Made by a program: the position numbers and the translations under genes
Notes under the pieces: model-generated
Database searches by the model: none
Seen by the model: only the letters and a program-made list of their open reading frames with translations
Told to the model about the DNA's origin: nothing
Shown: positions 1-15,647 of the stretch, piece by piece
How positions within the stretch are numbered: the first letter of the stretch is position 1
Layout: every line of letters starts with the position of its first letter
Assembly: GCF_006345805.1 (NCBI RefSeq)
Contig: NC_043008.1
Location: 55,862,001 to 55,926,000 of the forward strand
DNA from: Octopus sinensis
Taxonomy: Eukaryota
DNA length: 64,000 nucleotides
Reading direction: 5' to 3'

Positions 1-164
1 CATAATAAAATAATCTCTTTTCAGAGTCATTCAATGTGTGTTAATAGTGAAATTAAGACAAACCTGACAGCTTGGAGTTCTATTTCCTATCCCATACATA
101 CATACGTACATACATACACACACATACACACACAACATATGTATGCATGTTATATATATATATC

Positions 165-197
<33 letters not shown>

Positions 198-280
198 TAT
201 ATGTATGTATACATATATATATATACATACATCTAAAATATATTTATATATATAACATCAATGTATATACGTATGCTTGT

Positions 281-319
<39 letters not shown>

Positions 320-2194
320 ATACACACACACACACATATATATATACAACACATACATACATGTATTGATGTATATGTGTGTGTGTATATACATACATAC
401 ATACGTACATATATGTATGTACATGTATATACATATATGTAAGTATATGTATGTATTATGTATATACATATATACTTATATCTATGTAAATGTATATACA
501 TATATATGTATGTGTGTGTATATATATTTGTGTATATATATATATATATATATATAATGATGCACACACATCTATAATATTGTTGACTTTTGCTTTGCAC
601 TTGTACTTTATAAATGAAGCACATGTACACACACTCACTCACACACACATTCTCTGATTTTGTCTCTTTCCAAGAAGGAGAGAAAAAAAAAAAACGGTGT
701 TCTACCCTCCACCCCTATTCCTCCTACACTTCCAAAGAACTGTTCTATTTTTACATTCTCTGCTACTCTTTTTTTTCCTTTTCTTTTGCTTCCCCTCTTC
801 TTCATCCAAGCAGTGATTTCCTCAACTGCTACCTTCCTGAATGTTTCTTCTTTTTTTGTCTTTTCTATCTTTTACTCTCCTTCTCCTTGTTCCACATTCA
901 TCTCCTTCTCTCCTTCCCCCCCCCTCTGCTTCCTTCCTCACCCTGGGTCAAATGTCAAGGTATCCATCTTCCCCAAAATTTGCTTTATATAGAATGTTCC
1001 TAGTTGTCAGTGTTTTCCATATGTGTGCTTACCATTAAAAAAAAAACAAAAACAAAAAAAGAGCAAACAAACCCCAAAAGCAATAAATAAATAAATAAAT
1101 AAATAAATGAACCCCCCCCCCCCAATACCAAGCAACAAAACAAACCAAATCTAAATGTGTCTACCTTCAGAAAAACCATCTTCAGAAATTTGATAGAAAT
1201 ATATATTTTAAGGAAGTAGTTCTTGCAGTTTAGTGTAATTTAACCCAAAATGTAGAGAAAAAAGGGGGGAAAAAAGGAAACAAAAAGAAAACAAATTATT
1301 AGGAACCAGGCAAAACCTTTCCCAAAACTTCCCATCCTCATCATACCCTTGAGAATTAAACGCCTCTTTCCACCTGTATAATGTTACTTTGTAAGAATTC
1401 CTCTCACCAAGTGCAAGCATGGCTGTGTCATCTAGAAGCTTGCTTTGCACCCCTTGTGGTTTTGAGTTCAGTTCTAAGTGTGGCTGCACCTTGGGTGGGC
1501 AAGTGTCTTCTGCTTTAGCTCTGGGCTGACTATAGCCTTGTGAGTGGATTTGTTTGATAGTAACTGAAAGAAGACTGTTAAATATATATGCATAGGAAAG
1601 AAGCCTGTTAAATACATACGCGTTGGAGTGGCTGTGTGGTAAGTAGCTTGCTTACCAACCATATTGTTCTGGGCTCAGTCCCATTGCATGACACCTTGGG
1701 CAAGTGTCTTCTACTATAGCCTCGGGCCGACCAAAGCCTTGTGAGTGGATTTGGTAGATGGAAACTGAATATATTGGGCTTTGTGTATTTGTACTCCAGT
1801 ATCACTTTGATGGCATGCACTGCTCTCTCACTCAAAAATAATAATAATTATTTCCACTCTAGACATAAGGCCTTGAAAATTTTTGTGGGGAGGGGGCTAG
1901 TCTATTACATCAACCCCAGAATTTAGTTTAGTGCTGGCATGGCTGTTTGGTTAAGAAGCTTGTTTTGTGATCATATGATTTCGAGTTTGGTCCCACTGTG
2001 TGGCACCTTGGACTAGATTTGGCTGCTATATCTAGTAAGTGTGTAACAGGTACTTATTTCATCGACCCCGAAAGGATGACAAGCAAAGCTAACCTCAGTG
2101 GAATTTGAACTCAGAATGTAGCAGCAGACGAAATACTGCTAAGAATTTCGTCTGGGTGTGCTAATGATTCTGTCAGCTCACCTCTTTCACAGTA

Positions 2195-2230
<36 letters not shown>

Positions 2231-4073
2231 TCAGTAAATCTTATTGGATCTTCCTTCAGCAACACAGCTTCACGTAACTACGTATTCTTCATATAAAAGA
2301 GTCAAAGAATAATTAGCTCTGAACAACTGGTAACTTTCTTTGAAGCAGAATATGTGCTACATTAGTATAGTTAGTTCTAAGTCTTCTCACATTGTGGGAA
2401 ATCTGGGAAGGTGTATCAGTCACTGAGTTCTTACACACACTTCAACACATGTGTCAAGGGAGGCTCTGTGCGTGTGCATATGTGTGTGGATGCTGTGTTA
2501 ATGAGAGGAAGCCCCTATGCAAGTTACTCTATGCTAGAAACTGAGGCATTAAAATCACGCCCTTTTTCTTAAAAAATGGGAAGGACACATTAAGATCAAT
2601 GGTTCACAAATATTTTTGATTCCTACTTTACTCTACTGGACCGCCATGGCCAATTGCTGTATATAACAAAAATTAAACAATATTAGGAATTTTATTAAAA
2701 AATTAAAATATTTTGTGTAATGTAGACCTATAACCAATTTACTGTACATAAATTTTAACAACAAAATCTTATATGGACCCTGAAGGGCCATATGGATCTC
2801 AGTTGAGAACCACAACATTAGATAATGGAGTCCTAGATACACTATACCTGAATAAGAGACAGGATGGTCTTGGCTGGAACATCCGTGATCTATTATTTAG
2901 AAAAGAATGATTTAAGCTCATTATAAAGTCCTTTGACTAATTATAAAATTCAGTGTGGTAAGAAGTTTCCTTCCCAACCATATAGTCCAGGGTTCAGTCC
3001 TGCTGCGTGGCGCCTTAGTTAAGTATCTGCATGTTTGTCCTTCATCATCATTTGACAACTAATGTTGGTGTGCTTACATCCCCATAACTTACTGGTTCGG
3101 CAAAAGAGACCGATAGAATAAGTACTTGGCTTACAAAGAATAAGTAGTCCTGAGGTTGATTTCTTTGACTAAAACCTTGTAAGGCAGTGCTCCAGGATGG
3201 CCACAGTCAAATGACTGAAACAAGTAAAAGAATATATATATGGGCTCCTTGTTGGCTCATTTACCTGACATCCTATTCATTTGCAAATTGGAAAAACCCA
3301 ACCGCTTCTTAAGTTTTTGCTTCTCACCATAAGATTGCATGCTAAACATTGAAATAGCTATCTAGGAAACAATAAGGGACAACCAGTTAGCCAGCCAGCC
3401 AGCCACTAATTTATTTTCAGTCTATATATAGCTCTATATTATATAAGTCAAAGGTAGAACAGAAAAAAATACAACAAATGTAAACCAGCAAAGCACAACA
3501 TGAGGAAAATTAGACAGAAGCACAACAAATGGCAAAACAGAACAAAAACAAGATACATGGATCATTCACAGCTGATTTACTCATCAGTTGGAGTCTGCAA
3601 TGTCCTTGTAGTTTCGCTCACTTATCTCCGATACTACTCGAATCTGGCGGGTGCCAGGGACTTAAGCTAAAAGCATTAAGCCTTTGGGAAAGGCAAATGA
3701 ATGTATACAAGAACGGAAACAGGAAAAGAAACTAAAATAAGAAAGCTAGAATTATACATGTACAATCAAACGCCCTTCGGCTATACAATAGAAGGAAATG
3801 AAAATGAATTGTACATATACAAATACAAAGGTCTTTCGTCTATCAGACAAACGTAACATGAAATAATAGTGCAAGTGCAACAGTTAATATATATATAGGT
3901 GCAGGCATGGTTGTGTGGTAAGCCACATGGTTCCAGGTTCAGTTCTACTTCGTGGCACCATAGGCAAGTGTCTTAGACTGTAGCCTTGGGCAGACCAAAG
4001 CTTTGTAAGTGAATTTGGTTGACGGAACCTGAAAAAGCATGTTGTGTTTATCTCTCTCTCTCTCTCTCTTTCT

Positions 4074-4108
<35 letters not shown>

Positions 4109-4380
4109 GTTTGTGTCTGTGTTTGTCCCTCCGCCATCGGTTGACAACTGATCTTGGTGTGTGTGTTTACGTCCCTGTAACCTAGTGGTTCGGCAAAAGA
4201 GACTGATAGAATAAGTACCAGGCTTAGAAAAAATAAACCCAGGGGTTGAGTTGTGTGACTAAAAGGCAGTGCTCCAGCATGGCCACAGTCAAACTGACTG
4301 AAGCAAGTAAAAGAATAAAAGAATATATAACATACATGCTTATATATATATATTATATATGGGTGTGGTGTGTGTATATC

Positions 4381-4417
<37 letters not shown>

Positions 4418-5197
4418 ACACACCCACATTTATATTATGTATTGTACAGTACTTTGATTATTGACTTGGGACTCGCTGTATTTAACAAATAACCAGCCGG
4501 CCGGCCGGCCAGCCAGCTCTAATGTAATTCATGTTTGTAGGGATTAAAACAGTGAATGGTGATCAATTATTGCATTTCTTACTGAATCAACAGAGTTTAG
4601 TGAATGGAAGTTAGTTTGTAGAGAAAAAAACATGGCAACAAGTTGGTGCAATGTAACGTGATTAGTTGGTCTGTTACTATGAAAGTGGAGAGATCTTTAG
4701 CAGTGCGTGAGGAATTAAGAAAAGGCAGGTGTTTCACTTTGCTAAGCTTTTATTCTCTCCAAAGAGATAAAGAGATAGTTAGTTGTTTTTGGCATGTTCC
4801 CCGTCTAGTACTCTCTCTCTCTCTCTCTCTCTCTAGACTTTCATGTATTTGTATATGTGTATGTGTATATATATATCATCATCATCATCGTTTAACGTCC
4901 GCTTTCCTGGCTAGCATGGGTTGGAGGATTTTGACTGAGGGCTGGCGAGCCAAATGGCTGCACCAGGCTCCAATCTTGATCTGGCAGAGTTTCTACAGTT
5001 GGATACCCTTCCTAACGCTAACCATTCCGAGAGTACATATATATATATATATATATATGTATATGTATGTATTTGTAGTTATATCTATCTATATATATCT
5101 ATATATATATATATATATAATAGATAGATACAAATACATACATATATATATATAGATATAAATACAAATACACACATATTATATATATATATAATAA

Positions 5198-5229
<32 letters not shown>

Positions 5230-5269
5230 GTATTTGTATTTATACTGTCTATATCTATCTATCTATCTA

Positions 5270-5309
<40 letters not shown>

Positions 5310-5688
5310 GTTTTTATATATATATATATATATATGTATGTATTTGTATCTATCTATATATATATAATATATGTATGTATGTATGTATTTGTATTTATGT
5401 GTATATAAATATATACACATGCACGTGCAAATGTATGTATCAAAGTTTATATATTTTACTCGCTTCAACAATCTAGTGAAGTGATGCTCGTGTTGACATT
5501 CCTTGTTGGCATTGTGACCAATTGTTCTGTGCTTTCTAAGATGTGTGGAATAATGATACCTATCACTTGGAAAACAGGTAAGCGTTGGCCAGAGAACATC
5601 TAGACATCAAATCTTGACTGAAATAAATCTCCATCTCAAACCATTGGTAGAATGGTTAAAAAGAAGAGGTGATATATGAACAAATACA

Positions 5689-5769
<81 letters not shown>

Positions 5770-5933
5770 AAAGGCTCTGATTTCCTGCACTTAGAGTTAC
5801 TCTTCTCAATTTTAATGTATAAAAGAATACCCTACATTTGTACTGAATCCTGTAATTTATTGCTTCTGGTGAGTGAGTGAGTGAGTGAGTGTGTGCGTGT
5901 GTGTGTGTGTGTGTGTGGTGTGTGTGTGTGTGT

Positions 5934-5966
<33 letters not shown>

Positions 5967-6259
5967 ATGTGTGTGTGTGTTATATATATTTATAGATATG
6001 TGTATGTATATATATCAGTGTGTAATATGTGTATGTGTGTGTGTGTGCATGTGTGTGTTATATATATTTATAGATATGTGTATGTATATATATCAGTGTG
6101 TAATATGTGTGTGTGTGTGTGCGTGTGTGGTGCCACTCATGGATACAGTGAGTGGGACAAGAGAATGAAGAGAATGGTCTGATGTATTATGTTTTGAAGG
6201 GAAGGAAACACTTGAATGGTAGGTGTATATGCTTAGATGGTTTCTAAGATTTGGTTGAA

Positions 6260-6480
6260 ACATGATCAGGGCCACTGAAGTCTGTGATTAATTAGCCGTT
6301 GTATTAACTATGATCTTGCTGGGGTGGCATGTCAGGGATCAGTTAAATCAAGTCTGCTGAATTCAAGAAGCAGATGTATTAAACAGAATGGACATGTGAA
6401 GAGAGACTGGGATGAGGAAAAAGGGTTCATTGAAAGGTCTTGGATACTGAAAGAGGGGAGGGCAGGGCAGGGTTTTGGGT
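6260..6480 (+). mobile_element. Decayed RTE-type LINE fragment
   Basis: GHVKRDWDEEKGFIERSWILKEGRAG resembles the RTE motif WxGHVxRM..E....K......EG.RxRGRP. Confidence 0.5.
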
Positions 6481-8004
6481 TTAAGTACTGTAATGTAGTC
6501 ATAGTAACCAAAAGTGTATGTGAATGAACTGAATTTTGGTAGACCTTTTTATCTTCTGTCTTCTACATCTGCTGGCATTCTGCAGCATCACCTTTGAAGG
6601 GTTTTAGTCAAACGAATTGCTTACTCTTAGACCTGGTACTTATTTTGTTATTCTCTCTTTGCTGAACTGTTACGTTACAAGGATGTGAACAAACCAACAC
6701 TGGTTGTCAAGCGGTAGTGGTGGACAAGCACAAACATTGAAACACATGTATAAATACATATGTATGTATGTATGTATGCATGTATGTTTGTATGTATGTA
6801 TGTATGTATGTTGGTATGTAAGAGAACAAAGTGTACATACGCTGCTATATATATATATATATATATACAATACAAAATGGGACAAGAACACAAAACATCT
6901 GGACAACTAGGTGATACAAAAAGGGACAACAAAACATCCAGATAGATGATACAAAAAAACAAGGACGGGTCATTCGAAGCTTTTTATCCTCAGTCAAGAA
7001 CCTGATCATCCTCACAATTTTGGCTGATTAATCTTGAGATTGCTCCAGTTTGGCCAGCCCCAAGGAAAAATAAGCTAAGATCATTACACACACAATGAGC
7101 TTCTTTCAGTTCCCATCTATCAAATTCACCCAGAAGGCTTTGGATGTCCTGGGGCTATAGTGGAAGATATTGACCAAGATGCTGTGCAGTGGGTCTGAAC
7201 CCAAGGCCACACAGGATGCGAAGCAAGCTTCTTACCACACAGCCACACCTGCGTCTATTTTCGTTTTTGTTGTTTTTGACTAGGACCATAAAAAATAAAA
7301 TATGAACAAAACTGTTATAATTATATATGAATCATATTAATTATTTAAAATGCATTCTTGTTTCGTGATTTCGTTTGTGAGTCGATCAATTAAATTCCTG
7401 GAAACAAAAGAACCCATCTTGTAACACTCGTTAAAACATAATTGAAATGAAATGATTACAATGTGAAAGCCGAAAAATGGGTCATTGTACACTCGACAAA
7501 ACCAAGATGTGTTGTACGCACGTAAGACATTAGTCATTTGTCCAGCGACGTGTGATTATGACTGACGGAATATAGCAGCATGTACTTTAAACCTCCTCAG
7601 ATAAACTCATGCAGTTTCCTATTGAATGCTCACTGGATGCTTTCGCCAATGCAAAGATCAATATCTTAGCGTTATTTTCTTCTAATTTATATAGACTCTC
7701 ATTCATTCCATCATTGCCTGATGTATAATCTCATTCCACCAGCTACTCACTCACGTATCAGTTTGGCCAATATTTTGTCTGTTTTCAATGGCCTCGATTA
7801 GCATTCTGCTATTATTTCCAAAATGTCTTTTAATATTGATATTTTTCATGCAGGTCACTTGACTTCATTCTATTTATAAAAGCAGTCTTTTTACGATCAT
7901 GTTCTTTCTTTTTTGTTTTTGTTGTTTGTTTCTTCGTTATTTTTCTGTTTTTCTTTCTTCTCTGTTCTTATTGTTTTTCTCTTTGCTTTCCATCTCCTTC
8001 TCTT

Positions 8005-8041
<37 letters not shown>

Positions 8042-9062
8042 TGGATTCCAAGACAAACCTGGTGCTTATCCTTTCATTTAATCCGAAAGAGATGAAAAAC
8101 AGGGATTTGAACTCAAAATATACAGGATTGGATGTGTGCATGTGTGGCAAATTTAAATCTTGTATGGTTTTTATTCAACCAGAATAAATGTGTTGTAGCT
8201 GCTATCAGAAGTAATAATAATAATAATAATAATAGTAGTTGTAGTAGTAGTAGTAGTAGTAGTACTAGTAGTGTTAGTAGTCGTCATTGTTGTTTAATAT
8301 CTGCTTTCCAAGCTGGCAGGGGTTGGATGGTTTGACTGAGGGCTGGCAAGCCAGAAGGCTGCACCAGACTCCAATCTCATCTGGCAAAGTTTCTTCAGAT
8401 GGAGGCCCTTCCTAATGCCAACCACTCCAAGAGTGTAGTGGGTGTTTTTTACGTGCCACGAGCATGAGGGCCAGTCAGGCGGTACTGGCATCAACCACAC
8501 TCAAATGGTACTTTTTACGTGTCACCGGCACAGGGGCGAGTCAGGCAGCACTGGCAATGATCACACTCGAATGGTGCTTTTAATGTGCCGCTGGCACAGA
8601 TGCCAATCAGGAGATACTATCATTGTCCATGACAATGATAATAATAATCCTTTCTATTAGAAGTACAAGGCCTCAAATTTTGGGGAGGGGATTAGTTGGT
8701 TACATCGACCCCAGTACTCAACTTAATTTATTGACCCCGAAAGGATGAAAGGCAAAGTTGATGGCGAAATTTGATAGGAGTCAGAGTTTTTTGATTCGAC
8801 TCCACAGCCCTTCTTCTTCTACCCTACCAAGAATTCACAACGACCTCGAACACACAAGTGCAAACAAGGGAGACAGAGAAAGGCAGAATGCCACTTATAT
8901 TTGAACACTATACAAATATTCCTTTAAAAAAACTTTTCTTTTAATTTTTCTAAATTTAATTATTTAATCGTTACAGTTGAAAAGGTCTCAAAATGACCGA
9001 AACTGGTACTGAAATGTTCTTTATAAAATTATTTTAGCATTTTCTATCTTGACTTGTTTTTT

Positions 9063-9106
<44 letters not shown>

Positions 9107-9363
9107 CGGGTGTGGGGTATATATATATATATACCGTTTATCTTTTAGTTGTTTCAATCACTAGACTGCGGCCATGCTGGGGCACTGCTTTGAACAATTT
9201 TTTTAGTTGAATGAATGGATTCCAGAACTTATTTTTTTGTTAACACTGGTATATAATTGATTGGTCATTTTTGCCAGCCTGTTAAGTCATGGGGGATGTA
9301 AACATACTAATATTGGTCGTCAGATGGTGGTGGGGGCAAACACAGACACACACACATTCACAA

Positions 9364-9400
<37 letters not shown>

Positions 9401-11413
9401 ATAAAATATTAGGGAATAAATCCAAACTTACAGGGAAAAATCAGATTTAGGATTGAATCCAATTTTATAGTCAAATATTATATTATATTAAATTAGAAAT
9501 AAAACCACTATTAGGCAAATCATACAATGAAAAACTTAAGCCAATACATAAGATTAATTAATTTATATTATTTTAAATATATATCAAAATTATTAAAAAA
9601 AGATAATTAGTATAATTATAATTATAATTATAATGGTGTTATACTAATTATCTTTTATTTAATAATTTTGATATATATTTAAAATAATATAAATTAATTA
9701 ATCTTATGTATTGGCTTAAGTTTTTCATTGTATGATTTGCCTAATAGTGGTTTTATCTCTAATTTAATATAATATATATTTATATATATAGATAGATACA
9801 CACACACACACACACACTCACATATATATACGATGGTGTTCTTTCAGTTTTCATCTACCAGATCCACTCATAAGGTTTTGGTTGGCCTGAGGTTATGGTA
9901 GAAGACACTTGCCCAAGGTGCCACACAGTGGGATTGAACCTGGAACCATGTGGTTGGGAAACAAGCTTCTTACCACACAAATATACATGCACACATACAC
10001 ATGTGCATATGTACACATATATACGCTGAGAACTGTAAAAGTTTATTGTGGTGAAGATGTTGGAAGGGCGTTAAATAATGGAAGTGGTAGCGGTGGTTGT
10101 AATAAGTTTAGTAAGACAGCAAACTATTTATATTTGTGAAATGAAATTTATAATAATTAAAAATCTCGTATGATTTAATACATGTGCTTTAGTGCAAGTA
10201 ATTGTCACCAAGCACCACCACCACACCACCACCACCACCACCACCACCACCACCACCACCACCACCACCGCCACCACCACTGACACTGCCGCCACCACCG
10301 AACAGCAAACAAAAGTCGTGACAAATAACAAATAACCATGTTGTCAACTACTGCCAACACGATTGCTACCACTGCTCACCATTATCATCTTGTTTACTTT
10401 CTCTTCTTTCTTTTTCTCTAGCCTTTTTTTCTTTCCCCCCTTCTCTCTCATGTTTTCTCTCTCTGTCTCTCTGATGTGCATGCTAATCTTGTCTCTCTTC
10501 CTCTCTCTCTCTCTCTCTCTCTCTCTCCGTTCCTCTCTTTCTCTCTCTATGTCTTTATCTGAAGAGCTGTGACTTTAAGTGGTTAGGGTGTTGGACTCAT
10601 GGTCATAAGATTGTGGTTTTGATCCCTGGACCAAGTGACGTGTTGTGTTCTTGAGCAGAACACCTCATTTCACATTACTCCAGTCCACTCAGCTGGCAAA
10701 AGTGAGTAACTTTGTGACACACCGGTGTCACACCCAGGTGAGGAATTTATAAGCCACTTTTTCTTTGTACCTCTCCCTTCAACCTTTTTACTTTCCCTTT
10801 CAAATGTGACACACACCACAGGTACGACCATATGTACAAAGACAAAAAGTTAGCGTATTGATATTACTGATGGAAACCGGGAAACCGGCCCTTTAGAGTC
10901 AGCATTATTCAAGAAGGTAACTTTACTTTTTACATTCACCTCTTTATGTCTTTCTCCATTTACTGTTACCAACAGCAATGTCACTGCTGTTGTCTCTTTC
11001 ATCAGCACTAACACAATTACCGACTGCTTTTTTCATTATTCTGTTTAAGTTTCTTTCCTTACCATGACACAGAAGGTAGGTAGGTATAAATATACTATTG
11101 AGTTAATCATCATCATATGTCTGTTTTCCAAAACTGGTAAGCTGATGCCCTTCCTAACGCTAACCACTCCAAGAGTGTAGTGGGTGCCTCTTGTGAATTA
11201 TTTTCTTAAGACACAAGGTTACATTGTGAGAAGGAAGTGTTGATTATATCAACTCCTGTTTTTGGTTGGTACTTCATTTTATCAACCCAGGAAAGATGAA
11301 AGCTAAAAATGGCAGCTGTCAAGATTTAAACTTGACTGTAAAGATCTGTCTTAGTCTACTGTTTAACTGATTTTGCCCTATCCTTAAATAATAATAGTAA
11401 TAATATAATAATA

Positions 11414-11444
<31 letters not shown>

Positions 11445-11638
11445 TAATAATAACAATAATAATAATAATCCTTTCTATTGAAGGCACAGGGCCTGAAATT
11501 TGTGATAGTGATTAACTGTTTTTTTATTTTATCAACCCCAAAAGATGAAAGGCAAAGTCGATCTTGACAGAATTTGAACTGACAAAATGCTGCTAAATAT
11601 TCCATCCAGTGAGCTAATGATTTTGCCAGCTCACTGCC

Positions 11639-11690
<52 letters not shown>

Positions 11691-12572
11691 CTATAATCAT
11701 AAAAATTTATTTCATTAGCCATAAGGACTCAAGGCATTGGGGGTAGTAGTACAAAGAGGAAATTAGAAAAAACAAGCAAGAAAAATATGAGGGGGAAAGA
11801 GAGGTATATGGAGTAAAAAGGGTTAGATCAATAAGATCAGGTCAATAAAGATACAGTAAATAAACAGATAAGAATAAACAGCGATAACAGTGTAGAACAA
11901 CAAGATAACAAGGAGAGAAAGACCCCTCTCAAACGAGTGTGGGGTAATGTGGGGGAAACCACATAGGGAGTTTTGCGGTACCCCCTTTCTCCCCCGCCAC
12001 AAGCACATGCAACACTATGTTACCCTTGTTCCACTTAAAGGCAAGTGCCTTCTTGCTACTAGCCTACAGCTGCATTAACTTAGTGTAGGCTCATTTCGCT
12101 GTTCCAGTTTCATCATTGTGATCCATCATTCATAAATTTTACTGGATAAGATGGCAGGCCTTGGCATAATAGTTTTAAAACTGGATTGCTTTATCCTACA
12201 CAACAATGATTCTTGATGGGTGTGAGTAGTTTGATGTAGATTTACCGTTGTTATACATTATAGTCATCCGTCTTTTTCTTTTTCTTTTTCTTCTTCATTT
12301 CTTTTCTCTTTTTTTTTTGTTTTTGATTTTGCTTTTTTTTTCCCCCCTTTTGCATTTCGTTTTTTTTTTGTTTTTTTTTGTTGTCAATTTACTTCATCCT
12401 TTAAAGTGCCAAGATATCTCTCGTTTCTGCTAGGTTTCAAATTTTGTTAACCCAATAATGGGTTATTGATCTCCAGCAGTAGATCTATACTTATGTATCT
12501 CTTTCTCTCCCCTACTCTCTCTTTATATATAATTTTATATATAATATCTATATACATACATACATACATACA

Positions 12573-12608
<36 letters not shown>

Positions 12609-12638
12609 TATATATACACACATATATATTTTTATGTG

Positions 12639-12671
<33 letters not shown>

Positions 12672-12750
12672 GTATATATTTATGTGTGTGTATATATATA
12701 TATATATGTATATATTTATGTGTGTGTATATATATATATATGTATATATT

Positions 12751-12789
<39 letters not shown>

Positions 12790-12957
12790 TTATGTGTGTG
12801 TGTATATATATTATATATATATATATAATTATATATAATTAATATATATATATATATATGTATATATATATGTATGTGTGTATATATATTATATATATAT
12901 ATATTATATATATTATACATATATATATTTTTATGTATATATATATAATATGCTGGT

Positions 12958-13103
12958 CTATAAATACTTTGCTTTATGGACATAGAGAGAGAGATATGGT
13001 GTAGGCAGTCTTTCTTTTTTCTTAACAATAAAATGTTTCCAGGAATGTTTTGATTCTTCCTTTTTTTTTTTGGTCTTCAGCTCTTCATATTTTGATGAAG
13101 GAT
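12958..13103 (-). CDS. Candidate terminal coding exon of an unidentified minus-strand gene (phase 1 start; (Y)PSSKYEELKTKKKKEESKHSWKHFIV...KAKYL*)
   Basis: Acceptor ctactgttttgcag| precedes 13103, and the frame stays open to TAG at 12958-12960, in phase with the 13451-13465 microexon. The poly-Lys comes from a T-run and no homology is recognised. Confidence 0.2.
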
Positions 13104-13450
13104 CTGCAAAACAGTAGTAGTAGTAGTAGTAGTAGTAATTTATATTGAGTGATATGGCCAAAAATGTTGGAAGAGAGAGAAAGATGGGCTTGAATGATGA
13201 TGGTTGTAGTAATGGTGATGGTGATTTTTTATTGCTGCTGCAAGGGCAATGGATAAAAGAACATTAAGAGAATGCTGGGGATAGGTTAAAATAAGTACAT
13301 GGCAGGTTTACAAAGAAATTGAAAGATTTCATAGTTTTTTTTTTTCTTTTTCTAAATATGTTATTTCATGTTTAAAAATAATTTGTGGGCATGTTTGCTT
13401 ATTCTGCTGAGGTCACTGCCATCGTAAGTACCTCTTCCTGAGCTACTTAC

Positions 13451-13465
13451 ATCCGAGGCAGCCAT
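13451..13465 (-). CDS. Candidate 15-nt microexon ATGGCTGCCTCGGAT ((Y)GCLG in phase 1)
   Basis: ttttcataaattttttgtattgcaag|ATGGCTGCCTCGGAT|gtaagt: long pyrimidine tract, UGC next to the AG, consensus donor, length divisible by 3. Confidence 0.45.
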
Positions 13466-14944
13466 CTTGCAATACAAAAAATTTATGAAAATGGTGGTTT
13501 CTGTCTTATCTTTTGCTTGATTCAGTGACTGGATTGTGGCCATTCTGGGGCACCAAGCAGAATGTTTTTGCTGAACAAATTGAACCCAGTACTTTTTGTT
13601 AAGTCTGGTAATTATTCTATTGGTGTCTTTTGCTGAACTGCTAAGTTACAGGGTTGTAAACAAACCAACACTAGTTATCAAGCTGTAGGAGGACACACAC
13701 ACACACACACACATAACTTGCTTTCATGCTGCTTCCATCCACCAAATTCACCCATAAGGTATTATTTGGCTGGAAGATATCTGTAGGAGAAGATGCTAGC
13801 CCAAGGCGAAGGTTATGGTAATAATGATTGTCTCAAATTTTGGCATCAAGCCAGTGATTTTAGTGGGAGGTTGTTAATCATTATCACTGACTCCACTACT
13901 TGATTTGTACTTTACTTCATCAACCTTGGTGAGATGAAAGGCAGTGTTGACCTTAGTGGAATTTGAACTCAGAATGTAAAGAGGTGGAACAAACATCACG
14001 AAGCATATGTTCCAAGCCCTTGCACTTCTGCCAGCTTGCTTTGTTTTTCTTTGTTTTTGTTAAGTGTTAATAATAATAGTTTCTTAGGCTCCAGCTGCCA
14101 GAATCTTTTGTACAATGCTTAGTGGTATCACGTCAGTCTTTATGTTTCTGAGTTCAAATTCCGATGAGGTCAACTCTACTTTCCATTGTTTTGGGGTTGG
14201 TAAAATAATTATCAATTGAACATTGCAACCCCCCCCTCCCGGCCCACCAACTTGCTGGCCTTGTGCCAAAGTTTGAAATCATTAATAGTGGTTTCTGATG
14301 TACGCATAAGGTCAGTAGTCTTGAGATGAATGGCAAATCAAAAATCATTATGTTTGACTGATGCTATATTTTATCAGCCTCAAAAGCTGACCAGACCATA
14401 TTTCACCACCATGAAACTTATTGCAAATTTATTGGTGGCCAAAGTTCTCCCCTTCATCTCCAACTCTTTCATGTCAAGTAGTGAAGTTAATGAAGTCAAT
14501 TAGGCATATATATATATATGTATATATATAATATATATATATATAGTTGAAATTTACAGAAAAGCAAAAGACGAAGACAGGTGTATAAGCAACAAACAGG
14601 TGTATTAGTTTAACACTCAGGAAGGTGGGAAAGTCTTTTACATTTCGAGCCTATGCTCTTTAACAGAAATATATGTATATATGTATTTGTATATTATATT
14701 CTTTTATTCTTTTACTTGTTTCCGTCATTTGACTGTGGCCATGCTAGAGCACTGCCTTTAGTCGAACAAATTGAGCCCAGGACTTATTCTTTTTAAGCCT
14801 AGTACTAATTCTATTGGTCTCTTTTGTTGAACTGCTAAGTTATGGGGACATAAACACATCAACAGCTGTTGTCAACCAATCGTTGAGGGAGAGACAATAT
14901 ACAGACACAAGAATATATACATCTATCTCTCTCTCCATCCATCC

Positions 14945-14979
<35 letters not shown>

Positions 14980-15418
14980 GATATATACATGTATATATAT
15001 TTATATATAGATATATACATTTATATATATTATATATAGATATATACATGTATATATATTTATATATAGATATATACATGTATATATATTTATATATAGA
15101 TATATACATGTATATATATGTATATATGACAGGGTTCTTTCAGTTTTTGTCTACTAAATCCACTCCCAAGGCTTTGGTTGGCCCGAGGCTGTAGTAGAAG
15201 ACACTTGCCCAAGGTGCCATGCAGTGGAACTGAACCCAGAGCCATGTGGTTGGGAAGCAAGCATCTTACCATACAGCCACACCTGTATCTATAGCTTCTT
15301 ACTACACAGCCACTCCCGTGCCTATTTTCGTGTGTGTGTGTGTACATATATATATATATATTTAAATTAGAAATAGAACCAAAATAATAACTTGTATGTA
15401 ATTGTATATGTATACATG

Positions 15419-15482
<64 letters not shown>

Positions 15483-15616
15483 TATATATATATATATATA
15501 TATATATAGATATATAATATATTTATAATAATAGATGAATATACTTGTATATGTGAATATGCATGTATGTATATATATGAAAAGGATAGGTGTACGTGTG
15601 TATGTATATATATATA

Positions 15617-15647
<31 letters not shown>

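Noticed and set aside
3558-3600. CTGATGAG plus a stem II-like sequence on the minus strand
   Set aside because: The GAAA half of the core is missing and stem II has mismatches. At most a truncated hammerhead relic.
7765-7875. Minus frame MKNINIKRHFGNNSRMLIEAIENRQNIGQTD ending at a strong gtgagt donor
   Set aside because: All three frames hit stops right after the best acceptor. A frameshift or weak acceptor would have to be assumed.
8777-8830. Minus-strand apparent C-terminus VEEEGLWSRIKKL*
   Set aside because: It overlaps agggctgtggagtcg...gactcc, which looks like a DNA-transposon terminal sequence.
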